Origin: Squalus acanthias
Taxonomy: Eukaryota
Reading direction: 5' to 3'
DNA length: 64,000 bases
Assembly (NCBI GenBank): GCA_030390025.1
Contig: CM059432.1
Span: forward strand, 58,406,001 to 58,470,000
Shown one piece after another: positions 1 through 12,439 of the stretch. Both the position numbers and the translations under genes were made by a program. Each line of letters opens with the position of its first letter. Position 1 is the first letter of the stretch. The notes beneath the pieces are model-generated. The model saw nothing but the letters and a program-made list of their open reading frames with translations, had not been told where the DNA came from and made no database searches.

Positions 1-206
1 TATTTAAAGTGGGCTTCTTCCTGTCTTTCTCTGTGGTTGACATTTTTGCACCACTCGTTCTGAGAGAGAGAGAGAGAGAGATTCAGAGAGAGAGAAAGAG
101 AGACTTCTGCATTGAGTCAACGCTGTGTGAGGTAGTTTTGGCTACTGATCGTAACTTTGCAGGTACTTTGGTTTTTGACCTTCATAACTTTGATTGCCAA
201 GAGACT

Positions 207-1367
207 GTGGGGGCTGCACTGACTGGGGGCGTCGTCCTGCGCCAACAGAATCGGAGGACACAGAGACGCAGAGAGCGAGTGGCAATCATAGCCAGACGGA
301 GGAGGGCCAACAGGCCTCTGTACAGGAGACCTTACCCTCCCAGGGTATATCGCCAACAATTCACATATATTAATATGTCTGAGGAGCAGTGTTTGCGAAG
401 GCTGCGCTTCAGCAAGGAGGTAGTCACTGAGCTCTGCCACCTGCTGCAGCCAGATCTGCAGCCTCAACTGAGGTCCAGGACGTCTCTGTCGGTGGCAGTG
501 AAGATCACAGTGGCTCTGAACTTTTATGCCGCTGGCTCATTTCAATCAGCTACTGGGGACATCGCCAATATCTCCCAGTTCGTGGTGCATTGCTGCATCC
601 GTCAGGTCACAAATGCCCTCTTTAAAAGGAGACGAGAGTACATCTCTTTCCCCATGACCCCAGACAAGCAGCAAGAATGCGCAATGGGCTTTGCTAGGAT
701 AGCGGGCTTCCCCAAGGTGCAGGGCGCCATTGACTGCACGCATGTGGCTTTGCGTGCTCCGCATGAGAATGCCGAGGATTTCCGCAACAGAAAGGGGTTC
801 CATTCCTTAAACGTTCAGTTGGTCTGTGACCACAGACAGCTGATACTCGCTGTCAATGCTCACTATCCTGGCAGCTGCCACGATGCATTCATCCTGCGCC
901 AGACTACTGTGGCAGAACTTTTCCAGGCACCGCATCAGCCAGTTGGTTGGCTTCTCAGGGACAAGGGATATCCACTGAGCACCTGGCTGATGACACCGCT
1001 TCGTACGCCCAACACCCCTGCTGAGCTGCGGTACAACGAGAGCCATCAAGCTACCAGGGACATCGTTGAGCACACAATCGGCGTGCTCAAGCAACGGTTC
1101 CGCTGTCTGGACTATTCTGGAGGAGCCCTGCAGTACTCGCCTGAGCGAGTTTCCCACTTCGTAGTTGTGTGCTGCATGCTGCATAACCTGGCAATCCTCA
1201 GGACCCAGCCAATGCCACCAGGCCTTGGAGCACCACCAGAGGGGAAGGAGGAAGAGGAGGAGGAAGAGGAGGAGGATAATCATCAGCAGCACCAAGGCGG
1301 GAGGGAGGCCCACAATGTAGAAACTGGAAGGGCCGTCCGTCAACGGCTGATAGCAAGCCGCTCCTAG
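207..1367 (+). CDS. Harbinger (HARBI1-like, DDE_Tnp_4) transposase; ORF open but the homologous start codon reads GTG
   Basis: Motifs GAIDCTH, DKGYP and DIVEHTIGVLKQRFRCL. GTG at 207 aligns with ATG 56302 of the sibling copy. Confidence 0.85.
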   Translation: MGAALTGGVVLRQQNRRTQRRRERVAIIARRRRANRPLYRRPYPPRVYRQQFTYINMSEEQCLRRLRFSKEVVTELCHLLQPDLQPQLRSRTSLSVAVKITVALNFYAAGSFQSATGDIANISQFVVHCCIRQVTNALFKRRREYISFPMTPDKQQECAMGFARIAGFPKVQGAIDCTHVALRAPHENAEDFRNRKGFHSLNVQLVCDHRQLILAVNAHYPGSCHDAFILRQTTVAELFQAPHQPVGWLLRDKGYPLSTWLMTPLRTPNTPAELRYNESHQATRDIVEHTIGVLKQRFRCLDYSGGALQYSPERVSHFVVVCCMLHNLAILRTQPMPPGLGAPPEGKEEEEEEEEEDNHQQHQGGREAHNVETGRAVRQRLIASRS

Positions 1368-1667
1368 GCCCCTGCTGAGGAAATGGCTTCTGCCATTGAG
1401 AACAACATGAATGAAACCAACCCGCAACCCCTAAGCCGGCCAAGGCAGCAATGATTCCAAAGACCAAACATGTACATTTTGAATACAAAAACTTATTTAT
1501 TTCACAAACTCTGTGTGTGTCATTTCCTCATGACAAACTAATAGAAAGAAACACAAAAACACAGTCATTAACATAACTGGTTCGCATAACCTGGAGATAA
1601 TGTTCAAAAGTTTGACCACGAACCTCGGCCTTTAATAAAAAAAATGACCAATATTTTGTCACACCTC

Positions 1668-3433
1668 CTACTTTTTGCCCTTCGAGGGTGATCTCCTTCC
1701 CTTGCGCACTTCCCCCCTTCCCACCCGACTGCTCCTCCGTAATGGGACCTCAGTGGCTGCAGCAAGGCTGGCGGAAGGCTGCTGATTGTCAGAACTTGAG
1801 ACTGCAGATGCCCTTGAAGGAAGGCCTCGACCAGCTCTGGGCCTGGAGGGCCCGGCTGCAGACTGCACCAACTCTGCATGGGCGGCAGCAGTCTGTCCTA
1901 CAGGCGGTGGCAAGTGCAGTGGAGAAGTGACAGTGGTGGCAGCAGGAATGCTGTCATCTTGAGAGAGGGCAGCAACTCCCTGCTCGCCCGACACACTGGC
2001 ACTCCCATGGGGCAGCACTTCAGCATCCGGAGCAATCTGCTGGAGCACAGATTGCTGGCCTGCTGCGGCGCGGTGAGAGCCCCGGGGACATGTGAACGAA
2101 CCATCGAGGTTGGCAGCAGTCAGTGCTCGCGTGGCCTCAATCTGAGTCTGAATGAGAGCAGTCAGAGATGGGATCACGGCAGTCAGTGACTGAATTGCAG
2201 CACTAAGCATTAGTGTGGCATCCGCCTGTGCTACAGCGAAGTGCTCCGCACTCCTTGCCAGTGATTCAATGCATTCGAGCACCTTTCCCACTGCACCCAT
2301 GAGCTCAATGTGCATGTCCACCGCCTGGGTGTTCATTTCAGTGATGAGCCGCTCCTCCTCTGCGTCCAGTGCAGCAGGACTCGCTGGCATACTCTCCCTC
2401 CGGGGAGAAGGCCCCCGAGCTTCCCTAGCCACATCGCGTTGCTGCAGCCCGCTGGATCCTGGAGCTTCACCCTCATCAGACCCTTCCCCCTTGCTCCCCT
2501 CCAGGGAAGGCGTGTTCCCAGTGTGGGCATGGGCTTCCTCGGGAGAGGGTGGCGCTGATGCTCCGCCTTCATCTTCCTCCTCGGCTGCAGCTTCACTCCC
2601 ACTGGCAGCTTGAGGGCCCGTCTCCTCAGCTGGTGAATCACCATATGAAAGCAGGGAGGTACAAGTGTTGCTTTAGCGTGAGGACAGGGGGGCAGTATGG
2701 GAGGAATGAGTGCAGCGATTTAGTAAGTTGGATTGAAAGTGTCAAAGGCTGGTGTTGTGAGGGACAAGTGGAAGGACAGAGGACATAAAGGTGATGACCT
2801 TACCATTGCTGTCCAGAACGGGGTCGGCGTCTCCAGTGGCGAAGGGACCGATCACCCGGCTTGCCACAATCCTGTGGACGCGCGCCTCAAGATCGCTGAG
2901 GGGTTGCAGCTGAGGTCGCCCTCCACCCGTCCGTTGCTGCTGTCTCCTATTATGAGATAGCTTGGCCTGCAAGAAAAAGGACGGCGTCTGAGTAAATATA
3001 CAGCCATGGTCTTGCCTGATGTGCCTCCCATAGGTGAATAGCTCATACTGTATGCAAAGTGTGGAATGTGCGTTTGTGTTTCATGAGAGGGCCATAGGTG
3101 TTGGATGAGTGTTGTGCATTGGGGTTTTAAGACCCTCTGGCCATAGAGTGAGGTTGAGATGGAGGGATGGAGAGGTATTGAAAAAAAGCCACTCACCCTA
3201 ACGATCCGAGTGAGGTCGTTGAACTTTTTTCGACATTGTATATGGGTCCTGGGCACCACACTCCTGGAGGAGATGCTCTGAGCCACCTCCCTCCACACTC
3301 TTCTGTACTCGCGCGGCAAAGGCCTCCTGCCACTCTCAGGGAAGAGTATAGATCTTCTGCGCTCCACCCCGCCAACCAGAGCATCCAAGGCCCGCTCGCT
3401 GAAGCGCTGAGCTCGTTCTCTCACCCTCTCCAT
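1668..3433 (-). pseudogene. Harbinger Myb/SANT-like DNA-binding protein, 3 exons (3433-3197, 2966-2804, 2644-1668); exon 3 acceptor mutated
   Basis: Exon 1 reads RFSERALDALV...WREVA...RTHIQCRKKFNDL. Donors are GTGAGT and GTAAG. The exon 3 acceptor is TTTCAT here versus TTTCAG in the sibling copy. Confidence 0.85.
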
Positions 3434-3794
3434 AGTCCTTGGCTGGAAGATTTAGGCACAGGTCTCTCCAGGCCTAGATTCAAGGCTCCAATGAGCAGTG
3501 TGTGGCTGAAGAGCAAGATCGACCCTCCCCTTTAAGAACTGTCCGGCACCAGTGTGTCTGTGTTCCATCACTAACTGACAGCACCTGCGCTGCGCCCGTG
3601 CTCTGAGTTAGCGCCTCGCTCCTCGGCCTTTGCGCCTTAAGACAGGTGTGTAGTGCCTGATTTAGCGCTCCAATCACCTCCAGGGGCGATAAAAGTCAAG
3701 TTTGCAGTCAGAGGTGATAATTAGCGCCAGGCGCCAATCTTTGCGCCCGGCCGATAATTGCGCCCCAAATGGGGCGATACTGAATTTCTCCCCC

Positions 3795-4045
3795 AAGGAG
3801 TCATCAATTTAAAATTCCCATTAAGAAAACATGGAGAGGGGTTAGGAGAAATTTCTTTACACAGAGAGTTGTTGGAGCATTTAATGTTCTGCCACAGGGA
3901 ATAGTTGAGGCAGAGACCATTGCATCTTTTAAGGAAAAATTAGATAAATATTTGAAGCAGAGGGAGAAGAAAGTTACCATATAGTGGGATTAGTTTCAAC
4001 AAAAAAACTGGCAGCTACACAATGGGCCTAGGCTGTAAATTTCTA
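3795..4045 (+). mobile_element. Decayed CR1 LINE 3' fragment
   Basis: AGAAATTTCTTTACACAGAGAGTTG corresponds to the RNFFTQRVV C-terminus of the other CR1 copies in the window. Confidence 0.7.
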
Positions 4046-4049
4046 TTAT

Positions 4050-4330
4050 TCCATTATTCTTCTTTGTTTCTTCCTCCTTTGCTTTTGTTTCTCTTTCTTG
4101 CTCTTCCCCATACTTTAGTTTTTATCTCTTTCATTCTACTCCTTCCTTTCTTTTCTCTCTGTTCTTCATCACTTCTTTTCTTTTTCATTGTTCTCCTTCA
4201 CTTATTTTCTTGCTTTGCTCTCTTACTTCTTATCATTTTCCTTTTTCTCCACCCCTTTACCGCCTGTCCTGTTTTTACACCTCTGCAATGTTTGTTTCTG
4301 CAGCACTTTCCCCTCTATTTCTGATGTGGA
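4050..4330. repeat. Pyrimidine-rich (CT/TTC) low-complexity tract
   Basis: Base composition. Confidence 0.7.
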
Positions 4331-5204
4331 GATGCAAGTTTCCAGCATTACGAGGGCAGACTGTGGCTGTGTGACAGGCCAGGCGGCTGAAGAAGCCTAG
4401 ATCAGTTGGGCCACAGATCCGATGAGCAGCAGACTGGGACTGCTGATGCACCATGGAGTGTGAGAGGGATCAGGCTGGGACATGAGGAACACAGAGACTC
4501 TTGTGTGAAGAATGAAGTTTGAAGAGTGAAGACCCCTATTTTCTCCCATTCTTTTTTACTTTCCCATTCTTTTATGATTTAATTTGACTTTTTTCTAACT
4601 TATTATATATTTTCTAACTTTTAAGTATAAAAAACCGTAGAAAAAATTTACTTGCGTGATTTATTTTTCCAATTGGCTCACACCATCCATTTTGGAAATG
4701 CAAACAAGTTTAAAGAAGTGGGTTTTCACTGATGAATACCAGCTTTAAAGATCTTTTTTCAACCGAAGAAAAGCCTTAAAAGCCTATGGCCAGACATGCG
4801 ACTAAGTTGATCTTTGCCATTTTATATGCATCAAAACACAGAAGAGGTGGCCAAATGATGATACTTGATGCTGGCCCCTAGAGCATATTAGTGTCCGCAT
4901 CTGTAAATTCATCTGTAGCAACGCAGTGTTAAAAAGTCTAAGATACGACCAGAATCACATAGATGGTTAAGTGAGAAACTAGAGATAGACAAGCCATGCA
5001 GTTCAAGTTCAGATTGAGCTGACACCAATCTGAAATGGACCTGGCTTGATTTGTGTAGAAAAAACCTTAATACAGCTATTTGGAAATCACCAAAGTCCCT
5101 TTTATATAATAGCAAAATACTGCGGATGCTGGAAATCCGAAATAACAACAGAAAACGCTGGAAAAACTCAGCAGGCCAGGCAGCATCCGTGGAGAGAGAA
5201 AGAG

Positions 5205-5241
5205 AGTTAACGTTTCAGGTCGATGACCTTTCATCAGAACT
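5205..5241 (-). ncRNA. Minimal type I hammerhead ribozyme in 3' pLTR
   Basis: Minus strand reads AGUU-CUGAUGA-A-AGGUC-auc-GACCU-GAAAC-GUU-AACU: core boxes, stem II, stem I and a palindromic stem III. Confidence 0.85.
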
Positions 5242-5511
5242 GGGAAGAGCCGGAAATCAAATAGATTTAAGGCCAGGGTAAAGCTGGGAAAAGGGGGAGG
5301 GGATAAAGGAACAAAGGGGGAGATGAAGAGACATTAAGAGATATGCAAGGCTAGAGGTGGTGTTAATGTGACAGATTAAGGCTGAATGAAGTGTGAAATC
5401 CACTGGCAGAATGAAGGACAGCTGCCAGCTTCTAGGAGGAAAAAAAAAAGGTTGGGGGGGGACAAATAAAAGGGTGGATAAAATAAAATATAAATGTGAT
5501 TGGAGCTGAGG

Positions 5512-8252
5512 TTATGATCTAAAATTGTTGAACTCGATATTGAGTCCAGAGGGCTGTAGCGTGCCTAAACGAAAGATGAGGTGCTGTTCCTCGAGCTTAC
5601 GCTGAGCTTCCGTGGAACAGTGTAATAGGCCGAGGACGGTGAGGTCAGAGTGGGAGTGAAGCGGTGAATTAAAGTGACAGGCCACCGGGAGCTCGGGGTC
5701 CCCCTTACGGACTGAACGGAGGTGTTCCGCAAAGCGGTCACCCAATCTGCGTTTGGTCTCCCCAATGTAGAGGAGTCCACATCGTGAGCAGCGAATACAG
5801 TATACTAAATTGCAGGAAGTACAAGTAAATCGCTGTTTCACCTGGAAGGGGTGTTTGGGGCCCTGGACAGTGGGAAGAGGGGAGGTATAAGGGCATGTGT
5901 TGCATCTCCTGCGCGTGCACGGGAAGGTGCCGGGCGAAGGGGAAGGGGTTCTGGGGGTGGTAGAGGAGTGGACTAGGGTGTCGCGGAGGGAGCGGTCCCT
6001 ATGGAATGTTGAAAGGGGAGGTGAGGGGAAGATGTGTTTGGTGGTGGAATCACGCTGGAGGTGGCGGAAATGGCGGAGGATGATCCGTTAAATGTGGAGG
6101 CTGGTGGGGTGAAAGGTGAGGACAAGGGGAACCCTATCATGGTTCCGGGAGGGAGGGGCAGGGGTGAGGGCAGATGTGCGGGAGATAGAACGGACACGGT
6201 CGAGGGCCGTGTCGACCACGGTAGAGGGGAATCCTCGGTTGAGGAAAAAGGAAGACATGTCGGAAGCACTGGTATGGAAGGTGGCATCATCAGAGCAGAT
6301 GCGGCGGAGACGGAGAAACTGGGAGAATGGAATAGAGTCCTTACAGGAAGCGGGGTGGGAGGAAGTGTAGTCCAGGTAGCTGTGGGAGTCGGTGGGCTTG
6401 TAGTGAATGTTAGTCAATAACCTATCCCCAGAGATGGAGATGGAGAAATCGAGGAAGGGAAGGGAAGAGTCGGAGATGGACCATGTGAAGGTGAGGGAAG
6501 GGTGGAAATTGGAAGCATAGTGAATGAAATGTTCTAGTTCAGGGCGAGAGCAGGAGACGGCACTGATACAGTCATCAATGTACCGGAAAAAGAGGTGAGG
6601 GAGGGGACCCGAGTAGGACTGGAACAAAGAGTGTTCCACATATCCCACGAAAAGGCAGGCATAGCTAGGACCCATGCGGGTACCCATAGCAACACCTTTA
6701 ATTTGGAGGAAATGGGTAGAGTCAAAGGAGAAGTTGTTCAATGTGAGAACAAGTTCAGCCAGGCGGAGGAGGGTGGTGGTGGATGGGGACTGGTTGGGCC
6801 TCTGTTCAAGGAAGAAGCGGAGCGCCCTCAGGCCATCCTGGTGGGGAATGGAGGTGTAGAGGGATTGTACGTCCATAGTGAAGAGGAGACGGTTGGGGCC
6901 GGGAAACTGGAAACTGTTAAAATGGCGGAGGGCATCGGAAGAGTCGCGGATGTAGGTGGGAAGAGACTGGACAAGGGGAGAAAAAATAGAGTCGAGATAG
7001 GAAGAGATAAGTTCCGTGGGGCAAGAACAGGCTGAAACGATGGGTCTACCGGGGCAGTCCTGTTTGTGGATCTTGGGAAGGAGGTAGAAGCGGGCTGTGC
7101 GGGGTTGGGGAACTATGAGGTTGGCGGCGGTGGGGGGAAGATCTCCAGAGGAGATGAGGTCAGTGACAGTCTTGGACACGGTGGCTTGATGTTCGGTAGT
7201 GGGGTCATGGTCCAGGTGGAGGTAGGAGGAGGTGTCAGAGAGTTGGCGTTCAACTTCCGCTAGGTAGAGGTCGGTTCGCCAAACAACAACAGCACCACCC
7301 TTGTCAGCAGGTTTAATGACAATGTCAGGGTTGGATCAGAGAGAATGGAGTGCTGCAAGTTCAGAGGGAGGTAGGTTGGAGTGAGTGAGGGGAGCAGAGA
7401 AATTGAGCTGGCCGATGTCACGGCGGCAGTTAGCAATGAAAAGATCAAGAGGCCAGAGGGAGGGGTCCAGGTGGAACGAGAATTCTGAAAGCGGGAGAAA
7501 GGGTCAGCCGTGCGGGGGGAAGACTCCTGGCCAGAGAAGTGGGCACGGAGACGGAGGCGGCGGAAAAAGAGCTCAGCATCGTGCCGAGCTCGAAATTCAT
7601 TGAGATGGGGGCGTAAGGGGATGAAGCTCAGGCCTTTGCTGAGGACTGATCGTTCGGAGTCAGAGAGGGGAAGGTCAGAGGTGATAGTGAAAACGCGGCA
7701 GGGGATGAGATTGGGAGAAGGGGGGTCAGAGGAAAGTGAAGGGGAAGAAGGTTCCGGAGGGGCTTTAGTGTCCAAGAGTTGTTGAAGCTTGCGATCCTTG
7801 ACATCGGAAAGGAAGAAGAAAAGTTTTTTGTTGAAGCGTCGGATGAGTCTAAGGATGAAATGGAACTGTGGACCCGGACAGCTTTGAGATAGAGTGCGTC
7901 GGTGCTGCTGAAGAGAGATGTCGAGAGTGTTCATGTGGCGCCGCATGGCGTTGAGCGTGGATCTCAAGATGCGGCGAGAGCAGTAGTTCGAGGAACGATG
8001 AATATCTTGGAAATATTTGTAATCCTGGGTGGATCCGAAACACGAAGGGTGGAAGTTTAGTTGGAATCCACGTGGGATAAGTCGGAACCGGAGACAGTTG
8101 CTGAGGAAAGTAATGTGGCTGTGAAACCGAGTCTTGGCAGATACCTGATCAAACACGAGAAGGGAAACTGAAATCAATGAAGATGAACAAGGTTGAAGAG
8201 CCAAACGGAAATCCCGTCGAAGAGAAGAGCAGAACTTCTTCAAGGTAGGCAT
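5512..8252 (-). pseudogene. Penelope ORF (N-terminal domain, RT, Cys-rich linker, GIY-YIG endonuclease) with a frameshift near 7440 and an in-frame TAA at 6088-6090
   Basis: RT motifs FYLLPKIHK, GRPIVS, MDVQSLYTSIP, GVAMGT, FRYIDD. Linker CTRRRCNTC. Endonuclease LVYCIRCSRCGLLYIGET...RFAEH. Confidence 0.92.
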
Positions 8253-8387
8253 TCCAAGAAGAGAGGTGGCAGTGAACCAAACACTAATACGATAGCAAAA
8301 TACTGCGGATGCTGGAAATCCGAAATAACAACAGAAAACGCTGGAAAAACTCAGCAGGCCAGGCAGCATCCGTGGAGAGAGAAAGAG

Positions 8388-8424
8388 AGTTAACGTTTCA
8401 GGTCGATGACCTTTCATCAGAACT
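8388..8424 (-). ncRNA. Minimal type I hammerhead ribozyme in 5' pLTR
   Basis: Identical to 5205-5241. Confidence 0.85.
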
Positions 8425-8807
8425 GGGAAGAGCCGGAAATCAAATAGATTTAAGGCCAGGGTAAAGCTGGGAAAAGGGGGAGGGGATAAAGGAACAAAGG
8501 GGGAGATGAAGAGACAATCTCTGTACGCTCTTTGGTGAGGAGTTGCAGAATTCTGGGGGAGTTTTCCGGACCCTCATAATATCCGGAACGTTACAGTCTA
8601 GCTAAACTTATTAAAAGTGCTATCTGGAGGACGGTAACATCTTCAGGTTGTTCCTTTCCTTTAGGGAGAGATAGTCTGGACCTTTACACCCAATTAAGCG
8701 TCTTTAGGATTCGGCTACCTCAAACTTTAGTTGAAAGTGAACGTCTGGGGAATACGCCTGATCCGGGGTAGCCCTAAAGGGGCTAGGAATAGTAAATATC
8801 CCTTCAA

Positions 8808-8887
8808 GATAGACAGACAGACAGACAGACGGATAGACAGAAAGCCAGACAGACAGATAGAGAGACAGACAGATAGACAGATAGACT
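8808..8887. repeat. (AGAC/AGAT)n microsatellite
   Basis: Direct reading. Confidence 0.9.
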
Positions 8888-10972
8888 GGGGCTTGCAGGG
8901 TGTCGCAGCAGGCCAGCAATCTGTGCTCCAACAGATTGCTAGGAACGCTGAGGCGCCGCCCCGAGGAAGTGGCAGTGGGTCTGTGGAGCAGGACCCTGCT
9001 GTCCTCTCTCAGGATGACTGCATTCCTGTTCCCACTGCTGCCACTCTGCCATTACCCTTGCTGCTGCCTGACAGCCAGCCAGCCCAAACTGCTGCCGCCC
9101 TTGCCGAGATGGTGCAGTCTACAGCCAGGCCTTCTAGGGCCAGAGCTGCTCGAGGTCATCCTGCAAGCCGTTTGAAGTCTCCCACACAGAAACTCAGCAG
9201 CCTTCCACCAGCCATGCTGCAGTCACAGGGGGAGCACTTCGCCGGAGCACAAGATCAGGAAAGGGCACACGAACGACAGGCACAAAGAGATTGCATAAAG
9301 GTGATTAGTTCATATCATAACTCTAAATATGTGTCAATTGATTTTGGATAAATTTATTAATTTTGTTTGGAATCTTTTGTGATGTCTCTCATTTCAGCTT
9401 TATGCCCAGGAGGACGCTGTGATATTCCATGACAGAGGGATGGAATGATGGGGATGTGGTGAGCAACTGGGATCTGGGGATTCATTCATAGGAATCGAAG
9501 TCTGATGAGGTGTTAACGGACAGCCTGTCCAGAAGGGGGATTGGCTGCCTGCCTCGTCCCTTCCTCCTCATCCTCATCCTCTTCCTCTTCCTCATCTTCT
9601 TCTTTCTCCTCCACAAGGACTGTGCTGTGGTCACTGCTACCAATACTGTCGTGGACATCATTGAGGATGGGGATGCTCATGGAGCCTCCTCCTCCCATTA
9701 ATTGTTTAATTGTCCACCGCCATTCACGATTGGATGTGGCAGGGCTACAGTCTCTCTGTTCGTCTACACTTCTCAGTATCCTACCATTTATTGTGTATTC
9801 CCTGGCCTTGTTAGCGGGCATTGACCATCAGGAAGCGCTGGGCGTGGTCACACACCAAATGCACATTAAGTGAGTGGTAGCCTTTGCGGTTACGGAAGGT
9901 CTCAGGATTGTTATACGGAGTCCACAAAGCCACGTGGATGCAATCGATGGCGCCCTGCACCATGGAGAAGCCCGATATCTTGGCAAAGCCACATGCGCAC
10001 TCATCCTGCTTCTCTCTGCTCAGAGAGAAGAAAACATAGTCCCTTCTCCTGGTGTAGAGAGCCTCAGTGACCTCCTGGATGCAGTGATGGATGGCGAACT
10101 GGGAGATGTTAGCTATGGCTCCTGCTGCAGACTGGAAGGATCCATTGGCGAAGAAATTGAGGGCCACGGTGACCTTGAGGGCCACTGGGAGAGCCGTGTT
10201 CGCCCTGCTCTCAGGTTGCAGGTCTGGTTGCAGGAGGTGGCAGAGCTCTGTGACCACCTCCTTGGTGAAGTGGAGCCTCCCAATACACTACTTCTCGCTT
10301 AAGTGGATATATGAGAAATGCCCTCGGAAGACCCTAGGAGGATAAGGCCTCCTGTTGAGAGCCATCCTGACCCTCCTCCTCCTCCCTCTGCGAGCATCTT
10401 CTCGTCTTCTTCGCTGCCTCCGCTCCCTCTCCCGAAGATACTCAAGCGCAAGGGGGACTACAAGTAGAGCCCCCATGACTGTGAGCAAGTGTTGTGAGCA
10501 GAAGCCTTTAAATAAGAATGAAGGCATTCTCTACTTGCAACAACACTCCCTGTTGCCTTAGAAGAAGGTAATAAAGCTGCTGGAGTTGCAGAAAGTTGCA
10601 CAGAGTCAGTCAAACTGCAGAAACTTGTCAGGTGCAAGTTGTTGCTGATGATCCCTTTAAATACCACTGCTGGAGCCTCCTTCTTGCTTGTCAATGCTTG
10701 TTCAGCTCTTCGCACTTAAGGCATGCCGATAAGTGGAGCAGCAAAATCGAACTCACAGATCGGGCGTCAAGTGAGTGTTGCACACTCACTGATGTCACAA
10801 TCTGCATAATCTACATACCACTAGCGAGCGCGGACATCGGCAGCACTGCCAGCCATCTGAAAATGGCAGTTGCCGCAGGACCCACCGGTAGCGGGCGGAA
10901 GAGCAGCGGCCGCTATTTTTTTGCCCGAATCTGGCCGTAATGGGTGGCGCTAAAGCCCCAAATTTCTAGGCT
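8888..10972 (-). mobile_element. Decayed, truncated Harbinger: Myb-gene 3' part on + (8888-9300), transposase pseudogene on - (~9487-10476)
   Basis: AAGQQSVLQQIA homology to Myb exon 3. Transposase motifs RRPYPPRVF, VTELCHLLQPDLQP, GAIDCIH. TIR-like AATTTCTAGGC at ~10961-10972. Confidence 0.85.
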
Positions 10973-12439
10973 ATAGACTGACATCTTTTATGTACAATAA
11001 ACGCTATATAGACCTATATTCTTTCCCTTTTGTTGTGTAATGTTCTTAATATTACCATGCCATAAATGACCTTCAACTACCTTGTATGCAGGCTGTAACC
11101 TATGGCTTGCATTTTTGATAAGCATACAATGTAATGTCAACTAAACAACATACAGTTCTTCAAAAGAAATGAAATTGAGTAATATATTTCAGTCAAAGCT
11201 AGACATATATGCTTCATATTAATAAATATCCAAGTAAAGAAAATAACTGACTCCTTTGGATTTTCCTCGATTTAATTAAACACTGACATTTTTAGGATTA
11301 GATCTCTTGCTTCTGTGTAGGCAGACCCCGCACAGACTACAAATGTGCAACCTGCCACAAGGCATAAGAGTATATTTTTTCATTTTCACCCACGCAGGGT
11401 GATTACTCAGCCAAACATCACTCCATCATTAAACCTTTCTTTTACTTTTTACAAGGTTGCACTTGGTTTTTTTTTAACAATTAAATGTGTTATTGAAATG
11501 CTCCCCATATCTTTGAATGATGCTTTCTGTTGCGCTCCAATTAATTAATTTGTTTTTGAATTATAGAAAGCTTAGAGGTCTTCTTTGAAGATTACGTACC
11601 ATCTTGTAATATCAGGAAGGAACATCATATTTCCTTCACCCTTACATTATGGCATGTGATACTAGTGAACAAAAACTCAATGCCTTGGTCTGAGATTTTC
11701 CTCTGCACTAAAATAATGGAGAGGAATTTCAAATGAGTGCATTAAGCATTTGTATACTATCCTGCAATGTGTTTAAAGGCCTATATTTCTTAGCAAACAC
11801 CCACACATGCAAGAAATGAAAAAGTAATATGACAAAGCGTATGCAGAGCAAAATAAAATAAATTGCTCATGTTATTATCTTTCTTTCAATGACCCCATTT
11901 TTATCTTCTTCCTCTCATTGGAGATGGTAGGCAGAATATAGGAATGTCTTTGGGGTTACACAGTGCACGCCTTCAGACTTAAAAATGGTGGACCCAAAAT
12001 TCCTGGGGAGGCCACTTCACCAACGCAGAGACCCCCCTGCTTTGTCCCCAGGCTAGAGATTGCCTCTTGAATCCTGAGGACAGGGCCATCTGCATGGCTG
12101 GGGCGGGACACTGTGACTGCAAGGGCACATCAGTGGCTCCTGCCCTGGACCACCGGTGGAATGTCGGCACAGTAGTCAAGCAACTTCAATGGCAGAGAGA
12201 AAACCCACCGAGGCCCCAAAGGGAAGTTGCTTTTTCCAGTATTCTGCTCCCAATGGAGCCAGTGAGCCTCTTGGGGAAGGTAATTGATCCCCTCCTTTGT
12301 AAAGGTTTGGAGCCTATTTACAGGTCTCAAGGGCACCTCAACTGGTGTGCGTTCTGCTGAGGCCCAAGGAGGGCATAAATGGTGGAACTTCCAGAGAAAA
12401 ACAGAAACTGCCTGCCCCCGCCGCCGCCACCCACACCCA

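Larger units (their letters stand above)
1..3794 (+). mobile_element. PIF/Harbinger DNA transposon, copy A (left end outside window); sibling of 55791-59883
   Basis: Transposase on + and convergent Myb/SANT gene on -. Right TIR AATTTCTCCCCC ends at 3794. Collinear with the complete copy at 55791-59883. Confidence 0.95.
5109..8516 (-). mobile_element. Penelope-like retroelement (Neptune-like), near full length, flanked by direct pseudo-LTRs
   Basis: ~224 bp direct repeats at 5109-5332 and 8292-8516 enclose RT and GIY-YIG coding sequence. Confidence 0.95.

Noticed and set aside
9..1367. Host HARBI1 gene
   Set aside because: It lies within a TIR-bounded multi-copy element with a Myb partner, so it is a transposon rather than the domesticated gene. 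The N-terminal extension from 9 runs through a GA microsatellite.
4022..4324. 100 aa hydrophobic membrane-like ORF
   Set aside because: Translation of a CT-rich low-complexity tract.
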